A stretch of DNA of 64,000 bases from Myxococcota bacterium. Its GTDB lineage: Bacteria > Myxococcota_A > Polyangia > Polyangiales > Houyiibacteriaceae. Below the pieces are notes generated by a model, which saw nothing but the letters and a program-made list of their open reading frames with translations, had not been told where the DNA came from and made no database searches. Shown in pieces: positions 1-10,620 of the stretch; within the stretch, counting starts at the first letter, position 1; each line of letters begins with the position of its first letter. The position numbers were made by a program, and so were the translations under genes. The DNA lies in contig JBCCEA010000001.1 in assembly GCA_039030515.1 (NCBI GenBank), forward strand, positions 96,001-160,000, in the 5' to 3' direction.

Positions 1-29
1 CTCCTGCACTCAAAACGCGTCCGCTCGCC

Positions 30-1223
30 TTGGTGCATCAGCTCCATCACGGCTTGATCGAGCCGCCGAATACCGTCCACAATCCTGGCCTAGGTACTGC
101 CGCTCGAGAGGATCTCCGTCCTCCAGAGCGTCTAGAGGTGCGTATTGTTGGCGGAGCCTGCGTACCCGAACAGCGCTGCGACGTACTGGTGCTCGTCGAA
201 GGAGATGGCTTCTCACCGTCCATTGTGCCGAGTCCCTCCGTTTCGATCGTATCGCTCACCCAAAGCGCAGCGGCTCCGCAGTCAGAGACAAACTCGGCGT
301 CGATGATCCGTGCTGTTCTGACGACCCACGGTCCAGAAGCGGTGACCAAGATCGAAGCGCTTAGATCCTCTAACTCGTCTAGGTTGGAGCCCGAGGGAAC
401 TCCGAGCTCGGCAGTGGCTTTGTCGACCCAACGCTGGTCTCGGAGCGTGCAGCTCTCGGTCGTTCTTGCAGCTCGTGCGGTGACGGTGCCTGCGGTGTTG
501 ATGATCGACACGGAGCCCCTAAGCGTACAAGTATCTGGAATGCGCCATTCAGCTGTGCTTCTTGACCTGTTTGAGGACGGCAGATTTTGGCGAAGTTCTC
601 GTAGTTTCGCCCTCGCCTCAGAGGGTCCCTCCAAATTGCTCTGGCCGTCGACCGACCCACTTCCTATCGGTCTTGTGCGACTTCAGGTACGCACCGATCC
701 GTACTCTGCTGAACACGCGGGTGTGCGGCTCTTTTGGAGGCATGCGGCAGCGGATTCAAAAAGCGAGTCGCTCGATCGCTTGGTGGATGTCCTGCAAGAT
801 CGAGATCTGTCCGAGCCCGATGCGGCCCTTGTCCACTGGTTTCAGCAGGAGCGCACGGCACCTTTTTCGGAAGATTGGATGGCCGCCTGGCTGCTCTCAC
901 CCCTGGAGTCGCATCTTGTGGCTCAGCCGTTATTTGTGAGCGGAGCTGCTCAAGGTCGAGATGGCGGTGAGGCGGCGCGCATGAGCAGAAGGACCGTTGG
1001 TGGAGGGCTCATCCTCCTTGGAGGCTTGATCTTGGCTGGCACGGTGCTCAGACGAGGGTTTGCTGCAGAACGTCGGGCAAGGCAGTTGATGCGAGCCGTC
1101 GATGTCCAGTCTGCCCGTGGTGCTCTGAATCGGAGCCCGGCGTCGGTGATCTTGGTCGCTTTGCTGGTCTTCGGTGCGTTTGCTGCCGCCGCCCTCCTGT
1201 TAAATTCCCGTAGTCTATGGTGA
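30..1223 (+). CDS. Hypothetical membrane-anchored protein, probably 5'-truncated by the window edge
   Basis: 397-aa ORF with two C-terminal hydrophobic segments (TVGGGLILLGGLILAGTVL; VILVALLVFGAFAAAALLL); no family recognised. Confidence 0.6.
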   Translation: MVHQLHHGLIEPPNTVHNPGLGTAAREDLRPPERLEVRIVGGACVPEQRCDVLVLVEGDGFSPSIVPSPSVSIVSLTQSAAAPQSETNSASMIRAVLTTHGPEAVTKIEALRSSNSSRLEPEGTPSSAVALSTQRWSRSVQLSVVLAARAVTVPAVLMIDTEPLSVQVSGMRHSAVLLDLFEDGRFWRSSRSFALASEGPSKLLWPSTDPLPIGLVRLQVRTDPYSAEHAGVRLFWRHAAADSKSESLDRLVDVLQDRDLSEPDAALVHWFQQERTAPFSEDWMAAWLLSPLESHLVAQPLFVSGAAQGRDGGEAARMSRRTVGGGLILLGGLILAGTVLRRGFAAERRARQLMRAVDVQSARGALNRSPASVILVALLVFGAFAAAALLLNSRSLW

Positions 1224-1376
1224 AATATCGTATTGTCAGATATTCGGCGTCGGATGCGTCCCAGTGCCCTTGGGGTTCCCGTTGCGCATGTCTCGACGAG
1301 AGCTTAAGTTGCCGCCGCTCTTGCGTCCTCGGGCTCTGTGCGAGGGTCAGAGCTTTGTTTTGATGGAGACGCAAGC

Positions 1377-4300
1377 GTGTTGCAATGGGCGATTAAGAAG
1401 GTTTTCGGTACCAAACACGAGCGTGAAGTAAAAAAGCTTCATGTTCATGTGGACGCGATCAACGGCCTGGAAGCGAGTGTCCGACAGCTCGATGACCACG
1501 CCCTAAAAGCCAAGACCGAGGAGTTTCGTGGGCGGATAGACCGGGGTGAATCTCTTGATTCGCTGATGGTGGAAGCGTTTGCTGTCGTTCGTGAGGCGGG
1601 CGTGCGTGCGCTCGGCATGCGGCATTACGACGTTCAGCTCATCGGTGGGATGGTCTTACACCAGGGCAAGATTGCGGAGATGAAGACCGGTGAAGGCAAA
1701 ACGCTGGTCGCCACGCTTCCTTGTTACCTTAACGCGCTTTCTGGCAAAGGCGTTCATGTTGTCACCGTCAATGACTATTTGGCCTCTCGAGATGCTGAGT
1801 GGATGGGGAAACTGCATCGATTCTTGGGTCTAGAAGTTGGCTGTATTCATCCTCGCCAAAACGGGGTCGATAAGAAGCGGGCCTACCAAGCGGATATCAC
1901 CTACGGCCAAAATAACGAGTTTGGCTTTGACTATCTTCGCGACAACATGAAGTTCAGCATTCACGACTACGTTCAGCGTGATTTGAACTACGCGATCGTC
2001 GATGAGGTCGATTCGATCCTGGTGGATGAGGCAAGAACTCCACTCATCATCAGTGGCCCGGGAGAGACCGCCAGCGATAAGTATCTACGCATCAATGAGG
2101 TGATCCCTCGTCTTAGAAAGGACGAGCACTACGTTGTCGATGAAAAAGCTCGCTCGGTTACTCTGACCGAGGATGGAATCGAATCATCCCAGAGGCTGCT
2201 TTTAGAACGCGAGATTACCGAGGTTGAGAACCTTTACGAACCTTCGAATCTACAAAATCTCCATATTTTGCAGCAGTGTTTGCGAGCCCATACGCTTTAT
2301 CGACGTGACGAAAAGTATATGGTTACCACAGACGGTAAAGTGCATATTATCGATGATTTCACAGGGCGTGTGCTGCCCGGTCGCAGGTGGTCTGACGGAC
2401 TCCATCAGGCGGTAGAGGCCAAGGAGCGCGTCGTGATTCAGGACGAGAACATTACCCTCGCGACGATTTCCTTTCAGAATCTTTTTCGCCTCTACGACAA
2501 GCTCTCCGGCATGACCGGCACTGCGGATACCGAAGCCACCGAGTTTCATAAGACCTACTCCCTCGATGTCGTGGTGATTCCGACCAATCGTCCGGTGGTT
2601 CGTCTCGATCACGAAGACCTTGTCTACCGCAGTGAACGCGAGAAGTTTCACGCGGTGGCCCGTGAAATTCGGGAAGCGCACGAAAGGGGTCAGCCCGTAC
2701 TGGTCGGCACCACCAGTGTCGAGAAGTCCGATGCCCTCGACCGATTGCTTACCAAGGAGGGGATTTCTCACTACGTGCTCAATGCCAAGCAGCACGAGCG
2801 GGAAGCGTACATCGTAGCTCAAGCGGGCCGTCGGGGTGCCGTGACTGTGGCGACCAATATGGCAGGGCGCGGGACGGATATCGTTTTGGGGGGCAATCCA
2901 GAAATGTTGTCTCGAATGGAGGTTTTAGAGACAGCAGAGGAAAGTGTCCTTTCCGATCCCGCGGCCCTGAGCGCAGCCATCGCGGAGATCACGCCCCGCT
3001 ACAAGGAAGAGTGTGATCGAGAAAGAGAAGCGATCAAAGAGTTGGGTGGGCTCCATATCTTGGGCACGGAGCGCCATGAGTCCCGCCGCATCGACAATCA
3101 GTTGCGAGGCCGGAGTGGTCGACAAGGCGATCCCGGATCTTCCCGATTCTACCTATCGCTAGAAGACGACCTGATGCGTATTTTTGCGGGCGAGCGGGTT
3201 CAAACCATGATGGACAGATTGGGAATGGAAGAAGACATTCCCATCGAGCACAAGTGGGTGACAAGGGCGGTTGAAGGTGCTCAAAAGAAGGTCGAAGAAC
3301 GAAACTTCGACGTCCGTAAAAACCTTCTTGAATACGATGACGTCATGAACCAGCAGCGCAAAAGTATTTATGCGCTGCGAAAGCAGGTTCTTCGTGGAGA
3401 GTACAGGACCGTTCCGACAGAAGAAGAGCAGAGCCAGGGGAAACGCCCGGAGTCCATCATCAAAGAAGTCAGCGAAGATCTCACGAAGCGCGCACAACCC
3501 ATTCTCAAGCAGATGGTCCAGATTCACGGTACCCCGCTGCTCGAGAAGGGAGCCACCGACGAAGAGATTGAGCAGCAGCGTCAGGTAGCGCTTTCGTCTT
3601 CCATTGAGACGCTTGACAAGGTTCGTTTTCGACTCTGTGAGAAAGACGTGTACCGCTGGTTTGGATGTGTGACGCAGCTCGAGCACCTTGCCGACGATCC
3701 TGCCGCGCTTCTATCTCACTTGGAGCAGGAAGTCGGTCGGTCCCTGACGGAACAGCAGGAACGACTTTTTGACATGGTCGATGAAATCGTGGGGACGATG
3801 GTGGAGCATGCCTGTCCCCCGAACAAGCAGCCAGAAGACTGGGACTTGGAAGGGCTGGCTAAGGCCTACCGTGGTCAGTTTGGAATTCTGCCGACCGGTA
3901 TCGAATCGATAGGTGGCATTCAGGAGCTCGCTACCAAGCTTTACGAGGACGCGGAGGCCGTACTCAAGAAGAAGGAGTCTGAGTTTGGGGCGGAGTACTT
4001 TCTCCGTCTTTTTCGAAACCTTTATCTGCAGGAAATCGATCAGCGCTGGACTCAGCACCTGCAGGATATGGATGGGCTGCGTGACGGAATTGGGCTCCGA
4101 GGTTACGGGCAGCGGGATCCGAAAAAAGAATACAAGCGAGAGGGCTTCGACATGTTTAAGGCGATGTCCCAGGGCATCAAGTCGCAGGTTGCCTCCAATA
4201 TGTTCCGCTTAGAGCGAGCGAGCGATGAGGACGTCCAGCGAATTGAGAACCAGCGCAAAAAGGCATCAGAGGCTCGTCAGCGTCACATGCAGGTGGCCCA

Positions 4301-4586
4301 CTCGAGCGCCGGTCCCCAGGACGCCGGGCCCGTGGGCACGGCGAGTCGCCAGCAGCGGGCTGCAGCGATAGCGGCTCGAGCCACGGTTCGCGGAAGCCAC
4401 GCTACGGATCGCGTGGAGCCATCGATCCAGTCGCCGGCTCAATCGCAGACCCGTCAAAAGCCAGATACGGTGCGTCGAGTGCGCCCGAAGCTCGGACGCA
4501 ACGATCCCTGTTGGTGTGGCTCTGGTAAGAAGTATAAGAAATGCCACTGGGCGCAAGACCACAGTGCCTCTTCTGTGAACCCTTGA
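1377..4586 (+). CDS. secA: Preprotein translocase ATPase SecA
   Basis: MKTGEGKT Walker [27 protein letters not shown] and C-terminal zinc-binding [16 protein letters not shown] start at 1377 chosen after GGAG (1365-1368). Confidence 0.97.
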   Translation: MLQWAIKKVFGTKHEREVKKLHVHVDAINGLEASVRQLDDHALKAKTEEFRGRIDRGESLDSLMVEAFAVVREAGVRALGMRHYDVQLIGGMVLHQGKIAEMKTGEGKTLVATLPCYLNALSGKGVHVVTVNDYLASRDAEWMGKLHRFLGLEVGCIHPRQNGVDKKRAYQADITYGQNNEFGFDYLRDNMKFSIHDYVQRDLNYAIVDEVDSILVDEARTPLIISGPGETASDKYLRINEVIPRLRKDEHYVVDEKARSVTLTEDGIESSQRLLLEREITEVENLYEPSNLQNLHILQQCLRAHTLYRRDEKYMVTTDGKVHIIDDFTGRVLPGRRWSDGLHQAVEAKERVVIQDENITLATISFQNLFRLYDKLSGMTGTADTEATEFHKTYSLDVVVIPTNRPVVRLDHEDLVYRSEREKFHAVAREIREAHERGQPVLVGTTSVEKSDALDRLLTKEGISHYVLNAKQHEREAYIVAQAGRRGAVTVATNMAGRGTDIVLGGNPEMLSRMEVLETAEESVLSDPAALSAAIAEITPRYKEECDREREAIKELGGLHILGTERHESRRIDNQLRGRSGRQGDPGSSRFYLSLEDDLMRIFAGERVQTMMDRLGMEEDIPIEHKWVTRAVEGAQKKVEERNFDVRKNLLEYDDVMNQQRKSIYALRKQVLRGEYRTVPTEEEQSQGKRPESIIKEVSEDLTKRAQPILKQMVQIHGTPLLEKGATDEEIEQQRQVALSSSIETLDKVRFRLCEKDVYRWFGCVTQLEHLADDPAALLSHLEQEVGRSLTEQQERLFDMVDEIVGTMVEHACPPNKQPEDWDLEGLAKAYRGQFGILPTGIESIGGIQELATKLYEDAEAVLKKKESEFGAEYFLRLFRNLYLQEIDQRWTQHLQDMDGLRDGIGLRGYGQRDPKKEYKREGFDMFKAMSQGIKSQVASNMFRLERASDEDVQRIENQRKKASEARQRHMQVAHSSAGPQDAGPVGTASRQQRAAAIAARATVRGSHATDRVEPSIQSPAQSQTRQKPDTVRRVRPKLGRNDPCWCGSGKKYKKCHWAQDHSASSVNP

Positions 4587-4676
4587 TCGCGTTTAAGCCT
4601 CTTTCCAGGATAGCCCCATCGGCTTGAAGTCCCGGTTGGAATTGAAGTTTAGGTTGGGGACGAGTGAGGTGTGTGA

Positions 4677-5906
4677 GTGGACCAGCACAAGTCGATAGGT
4701 GTCGAAGCGAGCGAGCACGTCCAGCTTTTGCGAGTTCCGGGGTTTTTATTTTCGGGCGTTGCATGCGGCATCAAAAGCGAGAACCGACGTGATCTTGCGC
4801 TCGTCCATGCAGAGGGAGGGTGCAACGCTGCCGGGGTATTTACGACCAACCGAGTCAAAGCAGCTCCCGTTTTATTGGCTCAAGAACGTATCGGTCTGGG
4901 GCCGATTTCCTGTGTTGTGGTCAACAGCGGCAACGCGAACGCCTGCACGGGAATGCCCGGTTACGATGCCGCAGTCGCAACAACTCAATTGGTTGCAGCG
5001 CGTCTTGGAGTCGAGGCGCAGCAAGTCCTGCCCGCATCGACCGGGGTGATCGGAGTACCGTTGCCGCTCGCCGCCATCGAGCGCGGGGTGGGTCCACTTG
5101 TCGATTCGCTTGAGCCGGAAGTTGGCGCGTTTGCTGAGTCCATCCTAACTACCGATCGGTGCACCAAGATCGCTTCGACCTCACTCATCCTCGATGGAAA
5201 GCGAGCGAGTATCTTAGCGGTGGCCAAAGGCGCGGGCATGATTCACCCAAACATGGCGACAACCCTTGGCTTTGTCATGACCGATGCAGTCATTTCGAGA
5301 CCAATGCTTCGGCGTGTTCTGCTTCGAGCTGCGGCCGATACGTTCAACCGTATCAGCGTGGACGGAGATACTAGTACAAACGATGCAATTTTCTTAATGG
5401 CATCCGGTGCGCTAGAAAACCATCCAATTCCCGCCAGCAGTCCGGAAGAACATCGTCTGCTCGACTCGGTGACTTGTGTACTCGAGCAGGTGGCTAAAAT
5501 GATCGTGCAGGACGGTGAGGGCGCGGAGCATTTGATTCGGGTGCAGGTCAATGGTGCACCGTCCGAGGAGGCCGGGGTACGGGTGGCGCGCACGGTCGCG
5601 ACGTCGTCGCTTGTGAAAACGGCTCTCTTTGGCAAAGATCCCAACTGGGGGCGCGTTCTTGCCGCGATGGGACGAAGTGGAGTTGATTTTGACCCGGAAA
5701 AGGTCGAGATCTGGATCGGAGACGTTGCGGTCTACCGTTTTGGGGTTTCCATGAATGAATCGGCCGAGAAGGAGGCCTCTGCGGCGATGCACCAGGAACA
5801 GTACACCCTTGAAATTCGGCTCCACTCAGGATCACATGATGCTTGGTACTGGACCTGCGACCTTGGTCATAGCTACGTATCTATCAACGCGAACTACCGC
5901 AGCTGA
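4677..5906 (+). CDS. argJ: Ornithine acetyltransferase / bifunctional ArgJ
   Basis: VNSGNANACTG, KGAGMIHPNMATTL (autocleavage Thr), DGDTSTND, DGEGA, DPNWGR and C-terminal INANYRS. Confidence 0.95.
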   Translation: MDQHKSIGVEASEHVQLLRVPGFLFSGVACGIKSENRRDLALVHAEGGCNAAGVFTTNRVKAAPVLLAQERIGLGPISCVVVNSGNANACTGMPGYDAAVATTQLVAARLGVEAQQVLPASTGVIGVPLPLAAIERGVGPLVDSLEPEVGAFAESILTTDRCTKIASTSLILDGKRASILAVAKGAGMIHPNMATTLGFVMTDAVISRPMLRRVLLRAAADTFNRISVDGDTSTNDAIFLMASGALENHPIPASSPEEHRLLDSVTCVLEQVAKMIVQDGEGAEHLIRVQVNGAPSEEAGVRVARTVATSSLVKTALFGKDPNWGRVLAAMGRSGVDFDPEKVEIWIGDVAVYRFGVSMNESAEKEASAAMHQEQYTLEIRLHSGSHDAWYWTCDLGHSYVSINANYRS

Positions 5907-5934
5907 TCGGCGCCGCCTCTCGAGAGGTATCCGA

Positions 5935-6972
5935 GTGTTCTTTCTGTTCGGTTTTTTTTGCAGTAGCTATGCAAGCGCCCAGAGAGAACCCAACACCCAA
6001 CCGTTCAGAGACGTTTCATGCCAACAGGAAGTGGAGCTGGCCTGGGTGGCCGACCGTTTGATGGGTGAAGAGGCTCCGATGGATCCCCAAAGTATCACTC
6101 GGTGGTTGCGTGCTTCAGGCTCTGATCTGATGGAAGCCAAGGCATTCCGAGGGCCAAGTCGTCTAGCGCTCCTGCGATGGTTGCGTCCTCGGATCGCCTC
6201 TGCGGAACAAGAGATTTCTTGCGGCTTTGCGCAAAATGTTTCTGGATTTGTGGTGGTGCTGGCGGAGCGGACGGGGCGGTTGCGTCTTACAGATCGCTCT
6301 GCCGTTGAGGTCTCTCTATCGACCGGATACCGTCGTCCCTCGGTTGTCCTCCGTGATGGGTTGGGTGAGGTCCGGCTTCTGCCCGTCCATGGGGGGCGAG
6401 CAGAGATTCCAAGCAACCTGGTACACCCGGTGACGATACAGCTTGTGGCCGTTGGTCCGTCAGGACCGCAGCCTTTGGCGATGCGCACGATCGACGATGG
6501 TCCTGGTGTCGCGTCTGCTTCTTCCGATCTTGCGGAGGCTTGGACTCCGCCCTCGATGCCTCGAGTTTCTGAGCAGACGGATGAGATCTATCGCTGGCTG
6601 GCTTCATTCCGAGATGTTCGCGAGACCTCCGGACTTCGTCGAAATTCTCTGCTGGAGCGTGCCGCGGGGTCCCATGCGGCAGCGGTATGCGCAGAGGGAA
6701 GGGCGCGGCACTACTTTGTCGACGGTCCCGAGGATCGAGTGAGCTCGCAGGGGCTCACGGCGAGGCATGTTGGAGAGGTGGTTGCCCGCGCTCCGAGCGC
6801 TTCACAGTGTTTGGAGGCCCTCGTGAGGAGTCCTAGTCACTATGTTGCACTCGTCGATGTGCGGTTCACGGACGTAGGTGTTGGGTTGCATCGTGAGCAG
6901 AGCGAGAGTGGCACCGAAATGACTTGTGTCGTCATACTCTTCGCCGCCTGGCCTCGTTACACCGGATACTAG
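5935..6972 (+). CDS. Secreted CAP/SCP-domain protein
   Basis: C-terminal CAP-like motifs (LERAAGSHA, GEVVA, SPSHYVALVDVRFTDVGVG); signal-like N-terminus from GTG 5935; start uncertain. Confidence 0.65.
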   Translation: MFFLFGFFCSSYASAQREPNTQPFRDVSCQQEVELAWVADRLMGEEAPMDPQSITRWLRASGSDLMEAKAFRGPSRLALLRWLRPRIASAEQEISCGFAQNVSGFVVVLAERTGRLRLTDRSAVEVSLSTGYRRPSVVLRDGLGEVRLLPVHGGRAEIPSNLVHPVTIQLVAVGPSGPQPLAMRTIDDGPGVASASSDLAEAWTPPSMPRVSEQTDEIYRWLASFRDVRETSGLRRNSLLERAAGSHAAAVCAEGRARHYFVDGPEDRVSSQGLTARHVGEVVARAPSASQCLEALVRSPSHYVALVDVRFTDVGVGLHREQSESGTEMTCVVILFAAWPRYTGY

Positions 6973-7151
6973 TTCTGCGGCGCAACTAGCGGCTCTCCGA
7001 GTACCCCTGTCCGAGTCGGGGTGCGAGAGCAGTAGTGGAGGCCCAGGTCGCCGGAGCACATCGACGCTTCGAGTCTAGAGAACTTTCTATGCCGGTTCTA
7101 AGACCTTCCCAGACGCGCTCTAGGGTTCATGTACTGGCGATGTTCTAACGC

Positions 7152-7167
7152 TGTGGTATAGCGCCGC
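7152..7167 (+). promoter_or_regulatory. Extended -10 promoter of rpsB-tsf with GC-rich discriminator
   Basis: TGTGGTATAG followed by CGCCGC; closely resembles the E. coli rpsB promoter (TGTGGTATAAA plus GCGCGC). Confidence 0.65.
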
Positions 7168-7202
7168 TTCCTCCGAGCGGAGGACGGGCTCAGCTCGAAA
7201 AC

Positions 7203-7288
7203 AAACACATCTGCGAAAACACTCGGGCGTTCCGGTGCGTTTTTCAAGACGCTCTCGCCGAGAGCAGATGGAGGAAGAACCGGCACTC
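7203..7288 (+). ncRNA. t44 / ribosomal protein S2 leader-like cis-regulatory RNA
   Basis: ACAC-CATCTGC(7208-7214) pairs with GCAGATG(7264-7270), followed by GAGG; inner CTCGG/CCGAG and GCGT/ACGC stems; CCGGT(7232-7236) complementary to ACCGG(7279-7283); directly 5' of rpsB. Confidence 0.75.
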
Positions 7289-8149
7289 ATGTCCACGCAT
7301 TCACATACGATAGAAGAGTCTCCAGAACTTGCCGCCCTCGGAACCCCCGACGTAGCAAGCGGTAGTTATCCAATTGGGCTTCGCGCGCTCATCGAAGCGG
7401 GTGTGCACTTCGGGCACCAGACGCGGCGTTGGAATCCGAAAATGCGACCCTATATCTACGGGGCACGTAACGGCATCCATATCATCGATCTCGATCAGAC
7501 TGCGGAGCTGTTCAAGACTGCATTCCACTTCGTGCGCGATGAAGTGGCCCGCGGAGGTCATGTCCTCTTCGTAGGAACGAAGCGCCAGGCAGCTGAGGTT
7601 ATCTTCGAAGAAGCATCCCGAGCTGAGCAGTTCTATGTCACCGGGCGCTGGCTCGGCGGAACGCTTACCAACTTTCGAACAGTCAAGCAGGGCATCGAAC
7701 GTCTGCGTGAAATCGAACGTCAGGAAGAGGACGGAACTCTGGACTTGTTGGTCAAGAAAGAAGCGCTGTCGATTCGTCGCGAGGGCGAGAAGCTCAATAA
7801 GTTCCTAGGTGGTATTAAGATGATGTCGTCGCCGCCTTCAGTGATGTTCATCGTCGACCCAAACCATGAGCACATCGCTGTTCGGGAAGCACGTAAGCTT
7901 CATATTCCGATCGTGGCTTTGACCGACAGCAACTGCGATCCTCAGCAAGTTGATTTCGTGATTCCAGGCAACGACGATGCGATCCGTTCCATTAAACTTA
8001 TCACTTCTCGTCTCGCCGACGCCTGTATCGAAGGCCAACAGCGTCGTAGGGCTTCCGCCCAGCAACAGTCCGCTGGTGAGGGCCAAAATGCTGAGGGTGT
8101 TCAAGTCGACTTTGCGCGTGGCCGACGACGAGGTCGAGGCAATAGCTGA
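7289..8149 (+). CDS. rpsB: 30S ribosomal protein S2
   Basis: [43 protein letters not shown]. Confidence 0.98.
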   Translation: MSTHSHTIEESPELAALGTPDVASGSYPIGLRALIEAGVHFGHQTRRWNPKMRPYIYGARNGIHIIDLDQTAELFKTAFHFVRDEVARGGHVLFVGTKRQAAEVIFEEASRAEQFYVTGRWLGGTLTNFRTVKQGIERLREIERQEEDGTLDLLVKKEALSIRREGEKLNKFLGGIKMMSSPPSVMFIVDPNHEHIAVREARKLHIPIVALTDSNCDPQQVDFVIPGNDDAIRSIKLITSRLADACIEGQQRRRASAQQQSAGEGQNAEGVQVDFARGRRRGRGNS

Positions 8150-8218
8150 TCCACTCAGTCGGAAACACTACTGCGGATTACTTCTCTAAACTAGGTAAGA
8201 GCAAGGAAGGATTGTGCG

Positions 8219-8893
8219 ATGACCGTCACTGCATCAATGGTCAAGTCGCTTCGGGAACGAACTGGCGCAGGCATGATGGACTGCAAGAATGCGCTGGTCG
8301 AGTCTAATGGAGACGAAGAGAAGGCTCTCGAGATCATTCAGAAAAAGGGCTTGGCAAAGGCAGCGAAACGTGCGGGTGCGATCGCCGCTGAGGGTGTTGT
8401 CTACTCGTATATCCATCCGGGCAGTCGCATCGGCGTCCTAGTTGAGGTGAACTGCCAGACGGATTTCGTCGCCCGAAATGACGAATTCATGGCGTTTGTG
8501 GAGGACGTCGCACTGCAGATCGCATCCATGTCTCCCGAGTACGTTCGACCTGAAGATATCTCCGAGCAAGACAAGTCAAAGAAGATGGAGATTTTCAGAG
8601 CGCAGGTCGAAGAGATGGAAAAACAGACCGGCAAAAAACGTCCCCCTCAGGCTGTGGAGAAGATTCTCGAAGGTAAGTTGGCAAAATGGATGAGTGAGTC
8701 CTGCTTGATCCACATGCCTTCGGTGAGGGATGAAGAAGGGCGCACTCTTGACGAAGTTTCGATAGCCCTGACCGCGAAGATCGGAGAAAAGATCACCATT
8801 CGCCGGTTCACCAGGTTTGAGCTCGGTGAGGGTTTGGAGAAGAAAAAGACAGACCTTGCGGCCGAGGTCGCAGAGACGCTCAAGGGCGCCTAG
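8219..8893 (+). CDS. tsf: Elongation factor Ts (short form)
   Basis: LRERTGAGMMDCKNAL, EVNCQTDFVARN, IGEKITIRRF; downstream of rpsB. Confidence 0.97.
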   Translation: MTVTASMVKSLRERTGAGMMDCKNALVESNGDEEKALEIIQKKGLAKAAKRAGAIAAEGVVYSYIHPGSRIGVLVEVNCQTDFVARNDEFMAFVEDVALQIASMSPEYVRPEDISEQDKSKKMEIFRAQVEEMEKQTGKKRPPQAVEKILEGKLAKWMSESCLIHMPSVRDEEGRTLDEVSIALTAKIGEKITIRRFTRFELGEGLEKKKTDLAAEVAETLKGA

Positions 8894-8915
8894 TTTCTAT
8901 GCTGCGGGAGCATTG

Positions 8916-8941
8916 GCACGGAGCAGGTTCATGCTCCGTGC
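8916..8941 (+). terminator. Strong hairpin after tsf (terminator or stabilising stem)
   Basis: Perfect 10-bp inverted repeat GCACGGAGCA-ggttca-TGCTCCGTGC; no U-tract. Confidence 0.5.
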
Positions 8942-9034
8942 TGCACCCAAGGCTGCGTGTTCAACTGGGGACCGGGTTTTCCCCCTGAATCGAAGTGTTG
9001 CTTGTCCATAACAGAACGCGTAGACGGTGGTGTG

Positions 9035-9763
9035 ATGCAGAAGTTGGCTTACAAGCGAATCCTGCTGAAGCTTTCCGGTGAAGCATTGTGCGGTCGACGT
9101 GGTGGCTTCGGAGTGAGCCCCGACACCCTCTCCGCGATCAGTGCCGAAATCGCCGACGTTGCCATGCTCGGTTGTGAAATCGGTATCGTTATCGGCGGTG
9201 GCAATATCTTTCGAGGTTTGAAAGGCAGTGCTGCCGGAATGGACCGGGCGAGCGCAGACCACATGGGAATGTTGGCCACGGTGATCAACGGCATTGCCTT
9301 GCAAGATGCGCTGGAAAAAATGGGTGCACAGACCAGGTTGCTTTCTGCGCTAGACATTCGGCAAGTAGCAGAGCCGTACATCCGTCGGCGAGCAGTGCGA
9401 CATTTTGAAAAGAAGCGCATCGTCATTTTCGCCGCTGGTACCGGCAATCCCTATTTTTCCACGGACACTGCGGCTGCACTCCGTGCCATGGAGATACAGG
9501 CGGACGTGCTCTGTAAAGCGACGAAGGTGGAGGGTATCTTCGATAAGGACCCTGAGAAACATGAAGATGCCTTGATGTACCGTCGACTCAGCTACGATCG
9601 ATTCCTTGCCGAGCATATCGGGGTGATGGATTCGACGGCGGTGACGCTTTGCAGGGACAATTGCTTGCCCATCAGGGTGTTCGCTCTGCCCACTCGAGGC
9701 AATATCAAGCGTGTGGTTCAAGGTGAGGAGTTGGGTACACTCGTCACCGAGAAAGGTGAGTAG
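9035..9763 (+). CDS. pyrH: UMP kinase
   Basis: [40 protein letters not shown] 9035. Confidence 0.97.
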   Translation: MQKLAYKRILLKLSGEALCGRRGGFGVSPDTLSAISAEIADVAMLGCEIGIVIGGGNIFRGLKGSAAGMDRASADHMGMLATVINGIALQDALEKMGAQTRLLSALDIRQVAEPYIRRRAVRHFEKKRIVIFAAGTGNPYFSTDTAAALRAMEIQADVLCKATKVEGIFDKDPEKHEDALMYRRLSYDRFLAEHIGVMDSTAVTLCRDNCLPIRVFALPTRGNIKRVVQGEELGTLVTEKGE

Positions 9764-9967
9764 CTCGAATCTCCAAGGAACTGATGTCCACGACTCGGCC
9801 CACTAAGGGAGTTCATGCTCACGTAGGTTAGAAAACTGCACTTTTTGCGCGTCTCGCTGGACTGGTGGGCTCGCAAATGTAAGTGAATCAAAAGCACCGC
9901 CATTAATTTGGGGCCAATGTGGACGGGTGCTTTCTCGGCCCAACGCTATCGATTTAGGGAGGGTGCG

Positions 9968-10525
9968 ATGTTGGATGAGACGCTTGACGATCTGAAGGCC
10001 AGTATGGACAAAGCACACCAGTCCTTGCGCCGCGAGCTAGCGAAAATTCGCACAGGTCGAGCGAATCCCGATATTTTGGATGGCGTGAGGGTCAACTACT
10101 ATGGAAGTCCAACCCCGCTGAAGCAGGTCGCAACCGTATCGGTACCGGAAGCGAGAATGCTGCTGCTCAAGCCCTTCGATCGAACTCAACTCGGAGCGAT
10201 TGAAAGAGCGATTCTTGAGTCGCAGTTAGGTCTCAATCCTCAGAACGATGGTGAGATCTTGCGGATACCGCTGCCCCCGCTCACTGAGGAGCGACGCAAG
10301 AATCTTGTCAAGCTCGCCCGAAAAACCGGCGAAGACTGCAAGGTAGCCATTCGGGCGGCGCGTCACGATGCAAAAGATATTATCGACGTATTCGAAAAGG
10401 ATGGAGAAGTGGGCGCAGACCCTGCAGATAGAGCGCGCAAAGAGGTTGAGGAAATCGTCAAGGCCGGTACGGCCAAAGTCGACTCTATCGTTTCCTCCAA
10501 GGAAACAGATATTATGGTCGTTTAA
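9968..10525 (+). CDS. frr: Ribosome recycling factor
   Basis: IRTGRANP, YYGSPTPL, LGLNPQNDG, PPLTEERRK; GGAGG before ATG 9968. Confidence 0.97.
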   Translation: MLDETLDDLKASMDKAHQSLRRELAKIRTGRANPDILDGVRVNYYGSPTPLKQVATVSVPEARMLLLKPFDRTQLGAIERAILESQLGLNPQNDGEILRIPLPPLTEERRKNLVKLARKTGEDCKVAIRAARHDAKDIIDVFEKDGEVGADPADRARKEVEEIVKAGTAKVDSIVSSKETDIMVV

Positions 10526-10620
10526 AGCTGAGTTTAGACATTGGAACTAGCAGTGGTCGTCGGAATAAAGCGCTTCTCTTGATAAGGCGTTACCCAACGA
10601 CTTGGCACACAGAACGTTGT

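Noticed and set aside
3380..3780. SecA internal insertion as an intein or mobile element
   Set aside because: No intein splice motifs; it lies in the length-variable helical wing region
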